64,000 bases of DNA, taken from NCBI GenBank assembly GCA_951406725.2, contig OX597819.1:52824001-52888000 (forward strand). Reading direction: 5' to 3'. This DNA is from Octopus vulgaris (taxonomy: Eukaryota). The notes beneath the pieces were generated by a model. The model was not told the DNA's origin. It worked only from the letters and a program-made list of their open reading frames with translations, and did no database searches. This document shows, one piece after another, positions 63,546 to 64,000 of this stretch (positions are counted from its first letter, which is position 1; each line of letters begins with the position of its first letter). The translations under genes and the position numbers were made by a program.

Positions 63546-64000
63546 ATCCACATGCATATGCAAATACATATACATACATACTTATACACACAAACTGCAC
63601 ACAAGCACACATATTTACACATGAATTACAAGCACACGCACAATTTTAAAATAAATTAAAACAAAGCGAAGTACAAGCGTACAACACCAAGCAGCAGCAG
63701 CACCACCACCACCACCACAACTAGAAAGGAGAAGAACAAAGATTATTCATTAAAATTAGTCTTCTGCCACATAATAGATAATTTAAAGGTTTCAAATTAC
63801 AGTTGGATTCTTCAGAGAGAGAGAGTGAGAGAAAGAAAAAAGAGAAAATATAAAGACGAAATTAATGGTGTAAAATGAGATTTGGTTATTCAAGGCAAAC
63901 TGCTTAATTGATGTCTATTGGTTTGAGCTAATAGTAGCAGCTTTATTAAATTCTAAGTAGCTTCAAAAACAAATATCTTTTTCATTCAAACGCTAAACTT

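Noticed and set aside
38-63659. ORF-track entries as protein-coding genes
   Set aside because: They are dominated by YIYI, CVCV, HTHT, SLSL, ERER and poly-I/M/H translations of microsatellites or SINE bodies. Only 29270-29590 (mariner) and 57446-58465 (HERO) contain recognisable motifs, and both are decayed.

Overview
This is AT-rich eukaryotic non-coding DNA, very dense in microsatellites. I recognise the repeat families as those of Octopus (coleoid cephalopod) genomes; that is from recall, not a database search. I can support no intact protein-coding gene, rRNA, tRNA gene or CRISPR array. Nearly all entries in the ORF track are translations of (TA)n/(CA)n/(GA)n/(CAT)n tracts or of SINE bodies. 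The window looks like a large intron or gene desert. It holds dozens of copies of about five short retroposon families (my working labels A-E) and decayed fragments of mariner, piggyBac-type MITE, hAT-like, RTE, CR1/L2 and Tx1/L1 elements. It also holds a HERO-type (RLE) retrotransposon that has lost its whole RT domain in frame. The most interesting signals are a set of probable Penelope-like-element (PLE) remnants: (i) a minus-strand type I hammerhead ribozyme at 393-500 with an intact core and an unusually long stem II; (ii) a young 303-bp fold-back insertion at 4330-4632 with ~110-bp arms and a 12-bp TSD; (iii) a second fold-back at 33604-33878, next to an ABBA array of 50-bp units spaced by (TA)n. 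Both fold-backs carry hammerhead-shaped motifs with non-canonical cores. Coordinates of decayed repeats are approximate (about +/-20 bp), and all identities and pairings were read by eye.
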